Positions 10,239 to 20,062 of a DNA stretch of 64,000 nt are shown here, piece after piece. The notes under the pieces were generated by a model. It did not search any database. It was given only the letters and a program-made list of their open reading frames with translations, and was not told where the DNA came from. The stretch comes from Nitrosopumilaceae archaeon (GTDB lineage Archaea; Thermoproteota; Nitrososphaeria; Nitrososphaerales; Nitrosopumilaceae), in NCBI GenBank assembly GCA_965207375.1, contig OZ242274.1, forward strand, positions 640,001-704,000, in the 5' to 3' direction. Both the position numbers and the translations under genes were made by a program. The number at the start of each line of letters is the position of its first letter. The first letter of the stretch is position 1.

Positions 10239-10363
10239 GAACTTAATATGCTATATTTATTAAATTTTAGCAAATAATTCATGCCTATTATAAAATTAAT
10301 TATATTTTATATGCTAATTTATGTTACTAATTGCATACTACGATAAATTATCTGGAATAGGAT

Positions 10364-10500
10364 GTAACTGCACGCCGGTCCTAGGATTTTATGCACAAAA
10401 CCAGCAGTTGACTCTCCTGTGCCGATTGGATATTCAGCTAAACGAAATGTGTGCAAAATAGGCCAAAATCACGCCTCTAGAGAATTTTATGCGCAGTTAC
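10364..10500. mobile_element. Putative MITE with IS66-like GTAACTGC..GCAGTTAC ends
   Basis: 8-bp perfect terminal inverted repeat; first 7 nt equal the IS66 ends at 49450/52321; no TSD. Confidence 0.45.
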
Positions 10501-10514
10501 TACAAAACCAATTC

Positions 10515-11861
10515 TTATGCAAGACTCTTGCATGTCTCATCTAGTTTCTTTAGACTTTCTGTCGAACCTATGTCCTCTCTGTATTCTAGCGGACCTGACA
10601 CAAGAGTCTTGATTGCATGATTTATTGTATCTGATGCAGTAGTGATACTATCTGAAACACAGACAAGTGCTACAACTCGTGATTTTTTCATAGTTTGGTA
10701 TTTGTCTTTCTCGGTTCTTATGCAAGCGCCAAAATATACATCCACTCCTAACTTGGCCATCTGTTTGTCATCCATATCAAATGAAACGGCATCCGGGCTT
10801 GCAGCAGGATACTCTTTTGCCACAAGATACTTTACTACACTTGCTTTGTTTGCAAACGAGACTATCTGGTCACTTAGAGTCTTATCCCATATGCGGGTTA
10901 AAATCTCAGAAAAGGAACTATCAAGGACGCCAAGTATGTTAAGTCCCTCTGGATCGCCAAAGCGACAGTTAAACTCCATGAATCTGATTCCATGACGCGT
11001 CTTAAAAAATCCGCCGTTGAGCACGCCATTAAATGATAAATCCTTTGTCCTTAACTCATAAAGTATCTTTTGCATTATTAATTTACAATCATCAAAATCT
11101 TTCTGGCTCATAAACGGCAGCCTTTTGTTGCTGTCGGTAAAACATCCCATGCCACCTGTTCCGGGCCCCGTATCTCCCTCACATCTGAATGGATAGTCAT
11201 AGCTTGCAGGAGACATTACAAGATGTATTCCATCTGTGATTCCCATTATTGTAAACTCTATGCCCTGTAGTTTTTCAACTACCAACACTTGCTCATCTGA
11301 GCGCTCCCTTAGTAACTGTGATATGTAGTCTGTACACTGTTGCCTGTCTGCTAGATGTTGAGGCATTACCTTTACGCCCTTGCCACCGGTGAGTCCTTGT
11401 GGTTTTACCACCACCTGCAAACCACGCGATTCAAACTCGTCTAGTATATCGTCTATCTCTTGAGATTTTGAAATAATCCTGTAAAACGGTGTAAATTCCG
11501 GACATGTCTTTTTCATCATCTCGATGGAATATACCTTGTCCCATTCTATTCGTGCTGCCTCCTTTGTTGGTCCTATGGCTCTAATTCCGCCTGCAATTAA
11601 GACATCTATTACGCCGTTGGCTAGCGGTTCGTCAGAGGAAACAAATGCATAATCGATTTTGTTGTCTTTTGCAAAATCTAGAATCAAATTTGCATCATTG
11701 ATGTCGCCTATCACATATACTCCCCCCGACTGTTCCACACAGTCTATAATTGAGCTGTTCTTGTGACCAATTACGGCATAAATCTGTGCATCTTTTGCAA
11801 GCTTTGCAGCAAACGCACCCTCGCGCCCCCCACTTCCAACAATGAGGAACCTTTCTTTCAT
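10515..11861 (-). CDS. Phosphoribosylamine--glycine ligase (PurD)-like ATP-grasp enzyme, divergent
   Basis: GSGGRE, GLTGGKGV, GDTGPGTGGMG, EFNCRFGDPE; several canonical substrate motifs altered; start moved to MKERF at 11861. Confidence 0.8.
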   Translation of the reverse strand: MKERFLIVGSGGREGAFAAKLAKDAQIYAVIGHKNSSIIDCVEQSGGVYVIGDINDANLILDFAKDNKIDYAFVSSDEPLANGVIDVLIAGGIRAIGPTKEAARIEWDKVYSIEMMKKTCPEFTPFYRIISKSQEIDDILDEFESRGLQVVVKPQGLTGGKGVKVMPQHLADRQQCTDYISQLLRERSDEQVLVVEKLQGIEFTIMGITDGIHLVMSPASYDYPFRCEGDTGPGTGGMGCFTDSNKRLPFMSQKDFDDCKLIMQKILYELRTKDLSFNGVLNGGFFKTRHGIRFMEFNCRFGDPEGLNILGVLDSSFSEILTRIWDKTLSDQIVSFANKASVVKYLVAKEYPAASPDAVSFDMDDKQMAKLGVDVYFGACIRTEKDKYQTMKKSRVVALVCVSDSITTASDTINHAIKTLVSGPLEYREDIGSTESLKKLDETCKSLA

Positions 11862-12100
11862 GATATACCGTATTTCCTGATTTCTTATATAATGTATACC
11901 TGCTAGGCCTAGAACAGCAGATGTCTGCAATCAACACTACAGTCTCTTACCTTCTCAGTAGAGGCAAAAGTTGCCAGTTCAGACTAGACAATTATGTAAT
12001 ATCAAAAGTTATCTCATAAAAAAATCCGCAGTTCTAGGCATCTAAGCCGACAGAACCAAAATCTTGTATATTTAAAAATAAACACTAGCAGATTAGAACT

Positions 12101-12949
12101 GTGAAAAAGACTTGTCTATCTGTTGCAATTACCGGTGCTAGTGGGTTTATTGCAAAAAATCTTCGAAAAACCCTCTCATCTGAATATGATTTAGTTAGTT
12201 TTTCACGAAATGACTTTACCTCTTTTGAAAATGAAACCAAAGTAATTACTGATTATTCAGAGTCACATCTACATTCTAATCTCAAATCATGCAATGTCTT
12301 GATTCATTTGATAGGAATTGGAAAACAGAGCACTCGTTACACCTATTACAATATCAACTCTCAAATCACCTCTAATTTACTAAACGCATGCAAATCAACA
12401 TCGGTTACCAAAATCATCTATCTTAGCGGACTAGGCGTTTCCTCAAAAAACACATCAACCTATTTCATTTCAAAGTATGAATCTGAAAAAATCATCATCA
12501 GCTCCGGCCTAGATTATACCATATTCCGACCCTCCTACATCATTGGAAAAAACGATTATCTATCAAAATCACTCAAATCCCAAATCAAAAAAAATAACAT
12601 TCTGATCCCCGGAACCGGAAAATACATCATCCAGCCCATACATATTTGCGATGTCGTACGTATCATTGCAGATTCCCTTTCTAAAAAGAAATTCTCAAAT
12701 AAAATTATTGATCTTGTAGGGCCTCAAAAACTCACCTTTGAAAAATATGTCTCACTATTTTCCAAAAAAACCCCGGCTCGAATCACAAAGATTCCCCTAC
12801 AAGATGCCCTCAAAAATGCATTAACTGATCCAAACTATATTTACAGTTTAGATGATCTAAATATCTTGCTTGGAGGGTTTGTAGGCGATTTTGACAAACT
12901 AGACAAAATTTACAGCAACCAAATAAGACCTGTCAGGAATTTTTTATAA
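12101..12949 (+). CDS. NAD-dependent epimerase/dehydratase (extended SDR)
   Basis: ITGASGFIA Rossmann motif, YFISK YxxxK, FRPSYIIG. Confidence 0.88.
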   Translation: MKKTCLSVAITGASGFIAKNLRKTLSSEYDLVSFSRNDFTSFENETKVITDYSESHLHSNLKSCNVLIHLIGIGKQSTRYTYYNINSQITSNLLNACKSTSVTKIIYLSGLGVSSKNTSTYFISKYESEKIIISSGLDYTIFRPSYIIGKNDYLSKSLKSQIKKNNILIPGTGKYIIQPIHICDVVRIIADSLSKKKFSNKIIDLVGPQKLTFEKYVSLFSKKTPARITKIPLQDALKNALTDPNYIYSLDDLNILLGGFVGDFDKLDKIYSNQIRPVRNFL

Positions 12950-14110
12950 CCCTGCTGCCTGCCTCAATGATGCTGCCTTTGCAGTATTCTCCCATGTAAA
13001 GTCGGGATCCTGCCTTCCAAAGTGACCATATGCTGCAGTCTTTCTATAAATTGGCCTTTTTAGATCCAACTGTGCGACAATTTCTGATGGCCTCATGTCG
13101 AAATTATCTTTGATGATTTCCTCTATTTTTTCCTCTGAGATTTTGTTTGTTCCAAATGTGTTTATCATGAGGGAAACTGGTTCTGCAACGCCTATAGCAT
13201 AAGCAACTTGCACTTCACACCTGTTTGCTAGTCCCGCTGCTACTACATTTTTTGCTATATATCTGCACATGTAACATGCAGATCTGTCAACCTTTGATGG
13301 ATCCTTGCCTGAAAAGGCACCTCCGCCGTGCCTTCCGAATCCACCATATGTATCTACAATAATTTTTCTTCCTGTTAATCCTGCATCCCCATGTGGACCA
13401 CCAATTTCAAATTTTCCAGTTGGATTTACATGCACTGTAATATCATCATTCCACCACTGTCCACATACAGGCTTTACAATTTTGTCTACTAGCTCGTTCC
13501 GAATAGTTTCATTTGAAATATTTGGTGTGTGCTGTGTGGATACTACTATTGTGCGTATCTTTGTAGGTGTACCATCCTTGTACAATACTGAAACCTGTGA
13601 TTTTCCATCCGGCCTGAGCCATGGAATCTCCTTTGATTTTCTAAGCTCTGCAAGCTTTGCAGTTAATTTATGCGACAACAAAATAGGTAACGGCATAAGC
13701 TCTTTGGTTTCATTTGTAGCATATCCAAACATCAGGCCCTGATCCCCTGCACCCTGTTCCTTACCATCTGCTGCAGTTACACCCTGACTGATATCCTGAC
13801 TTTGAGAATGAAGTCTTAGATCCACCTCACATGATTTGTCATCAAATTTTAATTGTGGATCGTCATATCCAATCTCTCTTATCACCTTTCTTACTAACTG
13901 CTCTTGGGCCGATTTATCAAAAGCTGCCTTTGAGGTAACCTCTCCTGCAACTGCAACAAAACCCGTGGTAGTCATTGTTTCTACGGCCACCCTAGAATCA
14001 GGATCCTGTCTGATCAGTTCATCTAGAATCGCATCTGATATCTGATCACATATTTTGTCAGGATGTCCTTCGGTAACTGATTCTGACGTAAATAGAAATG
14101 TTTTAGACAT
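12944..14110 (-). CDS. metK: S-adenosylmethionine synthetase (bacterial/eukaryotic type)
   Basis: [37 protein letters not shown]. Confidence 0.97.
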   Translation of the reverse strand: MSKTFLFTSESVTEGHPDKICDQISDAILDELIRQDPDSRVAVETMTTTGFVAVAGEVTSKAAFDKSAQEQLVRKVIREIGYDDPQLKFDDKSCEVDLRLHSQSQDISQGVTAADGKEQGAGDQGLMFGYATNETKELMPLPILLSHKLTAKLAELRKSKEIPWLRPDGKSQVSVLYKDGTPTKIRTIVVSTQHTPNISNETIRNELVDKIVKPVCGQWWNDDITVHVNPTGKFEIGGPHGDAGLTGRKIIVDTYGGFGRHGGGAFSGKDPSKVDRSACYMCRYIAKNVVAAGLANRCEVQVAYAIGVAEPVSLMINTFGTNKISEEKIEEIIKDNFDMRPSEIVAQLDLKRPIYRKTAAYGHFGRQDPDFTWENTAKAASLRQAAGL

Positions 14111-14122
14111 AAAAATCCCTGA

Positions 14123-14368
14123 TTACAGCTCGTTTTCTAGTTTGATGAACAATACGTTGTTTCCTCTTACTATTACTCTGCCATAATTTGCTATGGTCTT
14201 GCCTTCATGCTGTTCTTCGGCATCTGTCATGATCAAGTTCATGTAGGAATCTACATTGTCCATTTTTCCCTTGTATTCTACCTCATTTTTGAGACGCACA
14301 ATAACAAGCTTTTTCGTACTTTTTTGTAGCGTTGTTAATGGTCTTTTTGCACTCGATTGTGACATCAA
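14123..14368 (-). CDS. Sm-like (Lsm) RNA-binding protein
   Basis: Sm1 YKGKMDNVDSYMNLIM and Sm2 VIVRGNNVLFI. Confidence 0.93.
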   Translation of the reverse strand: MMSQSSAKRPLTTLQKSTKKLVIVRLKNEVEYKGKMDNVDSYMNLIMTDAEEQHEGKTIANYGRVIVRGNNVLFIKLENEL

Positions 14369-14471
14369 TTAATCACTTGAGTGCTTTGCTTGTCTTCTAG
14401 AATAAAAGCCTTGCCTATTGCCGTCTATCAAAAGACATTGCATTAATTTTCTGGTATTGTTTGCAGATATC

Positions 14472-15119
14472 ATGGGCACAGGACTCTCCTGTCTGGATGA
14501 ATTCTTTGATGGGAAAATTCCAGACGGGATCTTGGTAGATGTTTTTGGACCTAGCGCAATAGGCAAAACACAACTTGCAATGCAAATATCTGTCAACACC
14601 GTTTCTGAAACGAATAAAATCCTGTTTCAGGATACCACTGGCGCATTTAGACCCGAACGCATGCTTGAAATGCTCAGGTCAAACAATTTGCCAACGCAAT
14701 ACCTCAACAATGTCTCTGTTTCAAGAATAACCAATGTTTCTGAACAACTCAATATCTTATCCACAATTGATCCTTCACAATATTCCTTGATTGTAATTGA
14801 CGGCATCTCTGAATTGTTTTCATTTGAATATGGAAACCCGGATCAATTTTTTGAAAAAAACAGATTGTTTTTAAAATACATTCGCAGTCTTTCCTCATAT
14901 GCACTAGAAAATAAAATTACAATACTATTTACCAACGTCATGAGGACCATCGATGATAAACAGGTTGAAAACAATTCACAGATACTAGACATGTTTACAC
15001 ATGTCAAAATCAAACTTGAAAAGGTCAACGATTGCTCCTATTTTACCTGTTTTACTGCATTTGATAAGATCAGATTCCCCTTTCAAATTATGTCACCCGG
15101 ACTAGTCAGACTGCCTTAA
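14472..15119 (+). CDS. RadB/RecA-family ATPase
   Basis: TGLSCLDEFFDG, Walker A GPSAIGKT, DTTGAFRPER, LIVIDG; start uncertain (14418 possible). Confidence 0.82.
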   Translation: MGTGLSCLDEFFDGKIPDGILVDVFGPSAIGKTQLAMQISVNTVSETNKILFQDTTGAFRPERMLEMLRSNNLPTQYLNNVSVSRITNVSEQLNILSTIDPSQYSLIVIDGISELFSFEYGNPDQFFEKNRLFLKYIRSLSSYALENKITILFTNVMRTIDDKQVENNSQILDMFTHVKIKLEKVNDCSYFTCFTAFDKIRFPFQIMSPGLVRLP

Positions 15120-15150
15120 AGTTATTTAGTGGTGTCTTTGTTCTATTGAC

Positions 15151-15270
15151 ATGGCAGAAATATTTGACTCTATACCAGTTATTACTGTAATCTTGTTTGC
15201 TATAGGTCTAGTCGGTGTAATTGTGTATGAAAAAACTCGAATTAAACAAGCAGAGTCGACCAGTGATTGA
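15151..15270 (+). CDS. Small single-pass membrane protein (39 aa)
   Basis: Manual translation MAEIFDSIPVITVILFAIGLVGVIVYEKTRIKQAESTSD; fills the gap between radB-like gene and lhr. Confidence 0.55.
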   Translation: MAEIFDSIPVITVILFAIGLVGVIVYEKTRIKQAESTSD

Positions 15271-17977
15271 CGACATTGTTCAAAAATTTGTCTCAATTGG
15301 ATTTGAACAATTAACACAAATTCAAAAAAAGGCAATTCCCCTGATTTTAGCAAGAAAAAATTCCTTGTTTATTGCACCTACCGGTTCTGGTAAAACAGAA
15401 TCTTCGGTAATACCTATATTTTCCCATTTGAAATACTCAAAAAAGCCTGGATACATCAAGGCACTATACATTACCCCTTTGCGTGCATTAAACCGAGATG
15501 TCTTTCGTAGAATAACAAAATATGCCCACGATCAAACTCTCACCATTGAAATCAGACACGGTGATACCTCTCAAAAAATTAGAAAAAAAATCGCCGATTC
15601 TCCCCCCGATGTCTTAATTACCACGCCAGAAACCTTGGTGATACTTCTTACTCAGAAAAAATACCTAAATGCTCTCTCTGAAATAGAATGGGTAGTAATT
15701 GATGAGGTGCATGAACTTCTTTCAAGCAAGCGCGGCACCCAACTGTCATTAAGTTTAGAGCGACTGTACCATAACTCTAAAATTGATTTTACCAGAATCG
15801 GCTTGTCTGCGACAGTCGGCAATCCAAAGGACGCTGCAAAATTTGTTGCAGGAACAAATCGCAAATTTGCAATTGCAAAAGATACCTCTGTTAGAAAATA
15901 TGACGTAGAGATTCAATATGTCAACGGCACAGTTACCGATGTTGCAAATTCAATTATAGAATATGTTACAAAACTACATCTGTCCTCTCCTGTGTTGTTA
16001 TTTACAAATACTAGGGGAGAATCAGAACTTTTAGCATCCATTCTAAAAGAAAAATCTACCATCAGCGTAGAGTTACATCACGGCTCCCTGTCAAAACAGG
16101 TTCGTGAGGAAACTGAGGAATCCTTGCGCAATGCAACCTCGGGTATCGTTGTTTGCACATCCTCACTGGAATTGGGCCTAGATATTGGCTCCGTTGAATT
16201 GGTGATTCATTACGGCTCCCCACGACAGGTATCCAAACTGATGCAACGAATAGGACGCAGCAGACACAATCGCAGCTCTTCAGCAAAGGGATTAATTGTC
16301 ACAAACAATGCCGACGATGAGCTCGAGGCTAGGGCAATACTAGAGAGAATCAAGCAAGGAGAAATCGAGGAGCAAAAAATTCATTTTGGAGCACTTGACG
16401 TTTTGGCACATCACCTTGTAGGCATGACAATGCAATCAGGTGAAATTTCTGTTCAAAAAGCCTTTGATATTGTTTCTAACGCATTTGCCTTTAGTCGTCT
16501 CACTTTGGATGAATTTGTATCAGTTGTTGAATTACTAGATTCTAACTATTTGATCTTCTTTAACAGGGAAAAAATGACATTTTGGAAAAAGACAAGGTCC
16601 TTTAGATATCATTTTCAAAGTCTATCTACAATTCCTGACATCTTGAGATTTCGAGTCTTTGATGTAATTGGTAAAAAAGCAATAGGAAGCCTTGATCAAA
16701 GGTTTGTAGGCGATTATGGTGATTCTGGAAATGTATTTGTTCTAAAGGGCTCGCATTGGAAAATTGTCAAAACCGATGAAAAGGCCCTAACAGTAAATGT
16801 AGAGCCTATACGCGGTTCAGGTATAACTGTACCATACTGGGAGGGCGAAAGTATTCCGGTTGATTTTAAAACATCAAACAAGGTCGGCACATTTAGAACT
16901 CAAATAAAATCAGGAGAATTAGACGTCTCAAACAGTGTCATCAAAAACCTACAGTTATGTCCTGTTCCAAACGAAAAAACCATTGTTGTTGAATCAGTAA
17001 GAACCGACGGTAACATAGTCCTGCATTCTTGTTTTGGCACAAAAATCAACGCCACTATAACTACGATACTGTCTTCTATGCTATCTGCAATCTTGGGATA
17101 TTCCATTGAGGGACGCTCTGATGCATACAGGATTGTTTTGACCTCTCGCAGCAGAATTTCTGAGAAAATTTTAACTGAGGTTATAAAAGACCAATATAAT
17201 CTGCCTGAAATAGTCACAGCATCTTTGCATGGCACTCATAATGTGAATTGGAAAACATGGTGCGTAGCAAAAAAATTTGGCATAGTTTCCAAGGACTCTG
17301 TATATGAAAGAAAATCAGCAAGATTCCTGTATGAGCGATACAAGAAAACCCCGCTTGTATCTGAATCCATGCGGGAGCTATTCCATGATAAATATGACCT
17401 GGAAAATACGGATAAAATTCTTCGACAGATTCGCAACGGTGAAATTTGCATTAAATGGAATGATTTAGACAAATTCTCAAAACTTGCCGAACCCATACTA
17501 GACCATACTGTAAAATATTATTCAAATCCCTCAAGCGTAGACAAGGGAATAATGGACATGGTCAAATCCAGATTGTTGAAAACCAAACACCGTTTGGTTT
17601 GTGTAAGGTGTGGCAGATGGGAAAGATCTGTTGAGACCAACCAGGTAAAAGCTGTTCTAGTATGCCCGCAATGCAAGACCCGACAAATTACTGCCACCTA
17701 TTATTCTGATTATGATTTACCTGAAATTGTACGAAAAAAACATGCAGGCAAAAAATTATCAGCAGATGAAAAACACAAGTTTGAGAGGGCATGGAAGGTA
17801 TCCTCCCTGATAGAAAGTTTTGGCAAAACTGCATTGATAGTTCTTTCCGGATATGGAATAGGTGCAGATACGGCAGCCAGAATTTTGAAAAACATGGTAG
17901 ATGATGAAATTCTCTACAAACAAATCTACGAATCTGAAAGGCAGTATGTTATGACTAGGGGCTTTTGGGATTCCTAG
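15263..17977 (+). CDS. Lhr-type DEAD/DEAH-box helicase with C-terminal Zn ribbon
   Basis: APTGSGKT, ITPLRALNRD, DEVH, LSATV, LHHGSL, SLELGLDIG, QRIGRS; CxxC..CxxC near C-terminus; start uncertain. Confidence 0.92.
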   Translation: MIDDIVQKFVSIGFEQLTQIQKKAIPLILARKNSLFIAPTGSGKTESSVIPIFSHLKYSKKPGYIKALYITPLRALNRDVFRRITKYAHDQTLTIEIRHGDTSQKIRKKIADSPPDVLITTPETLVILLTQKKYLNALSEIEWVVIDEVHELLSSKRGTQLSLSLERLYHNSKIDFTRIGLSATVGNPKDAAKFVAGTNRKFAIAKDTSVRKYDVEIQYVNGTVTDVANSIIEYVTKLHLSSPVLLFTNTRGESELLASILKEKSTISVELHHGSLSKQVREETEESLRNATSGIVVCTSSLELGLDIGSVELVIHYGSPRQVSKLMQRIGRSRHNRSSSAKGLIVTNNADDELEARAILERIKQGEIEEQKIHFGALDVLAHHLVGMTMQSGEISVQKAFDIVSNAFAFSRLTLDEFVSVVELLDSNYLIFFNREKMTFWKKTRSFRYHFQSLSTIPDILRFRVFDVIGKKAIGSLDQRFVGDYGDSGNVFVLKGSHWKIVKTDEKALTVNVEPIRGSGITVPYWEGESIPVDFKTSNKVGTFRTQIKSGELDVSNSVIKNLQLCPVPNEKTIVVESVRTDGNIVLHSCFGTKINATITTILSSMLSAILGYSIEGRSDAYRIVLTSRSRISEKILTEVIKDQYNLPEIVTASLHGTHNVNWKTWCVAKKFGIVSKDSVYERKSARFLYERYKKTPLVSESMRELFHDKYDLENTDKILRQIRNGEICIKWNDLDKFSKLAEPILDHTVKYYSNPSSVDKGIMDMVKSRLLKTKHRLVCVRCGRWERSVETNQVKAVLVCPQCKTRQITATYYSDYDLPEIVRKKHAGKKLSADEKHKFERAWKVSSLIESFGKTALIVLSGYGIGADTAARILKNMVDDEILYKQIYESERQYVMTRGFWDS

Positions 17978-19368
17978 TCTTTGATCCTGATTTTTGAGAA
18001 ACGGCCAAGTGTTGCATCTAGTCTTCCTTCAAATCCTGCCCTTACATTTAATCCTGTAATTGAGACGACTTGACCTATAATACATTTGTCTACTAGTCTG
18101 GCCTGGTTTCTCCACCCCTTTACCAAGATCTGTCCACTGTCGTCTTCTACTAGCATTTCAGACAGGCTTACCTGTTCACCACTTTTTGTTTGAACATCAC
18201 GACGTTCTGTTTTTTGAAGAATAATTGATTCAATACATATGTCGCGTCCTGCAGATACGTCAGTTATTTTCGTTCTTGTGTCTTCTATTGCAGGTATGGT
18301 GCCGTCCTCGTCTAATTTTCTTACAAACGAATCTCCATCAAGCCAAACTGCATTTCCGTATGCTTTTGAAGGCATACATTCGATAATGTCTCCCTCTGTA
18401 AATGTGTCCGAATTTCCCGACGAGTCTGTAATATCAATGAAATTTTTATCCTTGTCAACGCCTATGATGAAGCAGTCTCCTGACTCGTCTTTGATTGTAG
18501 ATACTATTCTTGCTATTATGGGCCTACTTTGTGTTTCATCCTCAATTACAATTGTGGTTGCATCATTTCCGTGAATTTCTAATTCTTGCTTTCCAGCCTT
18601 TGCCTTTACTCCAAACAGTTTGACTTTGGCCTGTGCCGAAATGATTTTTGGAATGGCTGATTCATCCTTTCCCCACAATACTATTCTAGTTGAATTTTCA
18701 TCACTACCCTTTAGCGATAACTTCAATGCCGTACCGGGACGTCCTCTCGAGTTTGTAAATTTCATTGGAGAAATTATTCCGTCAAGTACTCCTGAAACCA
18801 CAATATTGTCGTCATTTTCTTTTATCTGGCTTATGTCCTTTGTTATGTCATCAATGGAGGGTATTTTGCTATCATTTTGTGCAGCCTCTATTGTCGAGCC
18901 TGATCCTATGTTGATAGTGGGCGCACCGTTGAGATCTGATTTTACATATGCCTTTATAATTTTGATTAAATCTCCTGGCTTGAGCTCTTCAATTCCAGGC
19001 AAATTTGCCTTTTCATCCCACAGCTTTACACTTGCAGTAGAATCCCCATCATAAACTGTCATCGTTCTAAGCAAAAATGGTGATCCATCCTTTCTTGAAA
19101 ATTGCTTGGCAGGCGACAAGTTCAGCATTCTAGTTTCTAAAGAAACCTCTCTTGCACCTGCGTATAGATCCTTTAATCCGATCTCTGTTTTTGCCTCCTG
19201 TAACGTCACACCTAAATCTGCTGCAATTAAGAAAACCGCACCCTGATCGGTTAGATATCCTGCCCCGATCTTTTCCTTTTTCTCTAAAACCATCCGTTCT
19301 ATATCTTCTTTTGACAGATCCGGTTTTTGCTCTAACAATTTTGATAATAATTCTTCATAGGTTGCCAA
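17974..19368 (-). CDS. Replication protein A / OB-fold single-stranded DNA-binding protein
   Basis: Multiple OB folds (FSRKDGS..DGDSTASVKLWD; EDDSGQILVKGW); TTG start inferred at 19368. Confidence 0.85.
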   Translation of the reverse strand: MATYEELLSKLLEQKPDLSKEDIERMVLEKKEKIGAGYLTDQGAVFLIAADLGVTLQEAKTEIGLKDLYAGAREVSLETRMLNLSPAKQFSRKDGSPFLLRTMTVYDGDSTASVKLWDEKANLPGIEELKPGDLIKIIKAYVKSDLNGAPTINIGSGSTIEAAQNDSKIPSIDDITKDISQIKENDDNIVVSGVLDGIISPMKFTNSRGRPGTALKLSLKGSDENSTRIVLWGKDESAIPKIISAQAKVKLFGVKAKAGKQELEIHGNDATTIVIEDETQSRPIIARIVSTIKDESGDCFIIGVDKDKNFIDITDSSGNSDTFTEGDIIECMPSKAYGNAVWLDGDSFVRKLDEDGTIPAIEDTRTKITDVSAGRDICIESIILQKTERRDVQTKSGEQVSLSEMLVEDDSGQILVKGWRNQARLVDKCIIGQVVSITGLNVRAGFEGRLDATLGRFSKIRIKD

Positions 19369-19412
19369 GTAATTTAGGTTGATTTGCTGCCTTAATAAAA
19401 ATTTCATTAACA

Positions 19413-19520
19413 GGTTCTGTGGAGTTGTATAGATCTAGACTGAATTTTCTCTGTAAAGTGATGCATTTTGAACAAGTGCAATCCATTTATTCTTACAATC
19501 TATTGTACGAACAACAGCCT
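19413..19520 (-). mobile_element. IS6-family remnant: terminal repeat plus last codons of a transposase
   Basis: End GGTTCTGTGG at 19413; minus strand reads ..KNKWIALVQNASLYRENSV*, similar to the C-terminus GQKWRTVISNAALYVQ of the 53320-54684 transposase. Confidence 0.6.
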
Positions 19521-19584
19521 AGTATTGGTTCGTTGTTATCTCCTCGTCAACGCCAAACTTAACCAAACAAAAACACACCACCAA

Positions 19585-20058
19585 CTAGAAATTCCATTCT
19601 TCTCTTTGGAACATCCCTAGCAGCTTACATGTGGATACACCGTATATTCTAGAGACGTACGGAATGCGTGATGGTCTTTGTGCGTTCTCATCGGTTACTA
19701 TGATCGGGGACCTGCCATCTAGGTTGTTCTTGATCGAGATTGCGAGTGCGATAATGTATGGGTCGGCACTCTCGTAGTGTGCATCTGGTTTAATTAGATC
19801 CTGGTGGTCTTTGAGAATTTTCTGAACCTGCGTAATCAGTTTATCGGTACTATGAAATGCCTTTGGATGCTGCCTGATCCATGCCTCTAATCCGTCATGG
19901 CCCTGCTTTATCTCATCACGAACCGTGTTGGGGGACACTATCTTTTCCTTGGAAATCAAATCCTCGATCCTGTTCCACAAGCTAGGAAAGATCTCAGATG
20001 GATATTTTTTATCTAAATTGATCCACTCACTCGTGTCCACAACATAGGTTGTACTCAT
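19585..20058 (-). CDS. DUF4411-family PIN-domain protein (putative RNase toxin)
   Basis: YVVDTS, FPSLW, VRDEI, ADPYIIALA, IVTDE, RIPYVS. Confidence 0.85.
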   Translation of the reverse strand: MSTTYVVDTSEWINLDKKYPSEIFPSLWNRIEDLISKEKIVSPNTVRDEIKQGHDGLEAWIRQHPKAFHSTDKLITQVQKILKDHQDLIKPDAHYESADPYIIALAISIKNNLDGRSPIIVTDENAQRPSRIPYVSRIYGVSTCKLLGMFQREEWNF

Positions 20059-20062
20059 ACCT

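Noticed and set aside
12944-14110. Bacterial-type MetK in an archaeon as a novelty
   Set aside because: To my knowledge this type is usual in this lineage, and the gene sits in core context with Lsm and radB-like genes.
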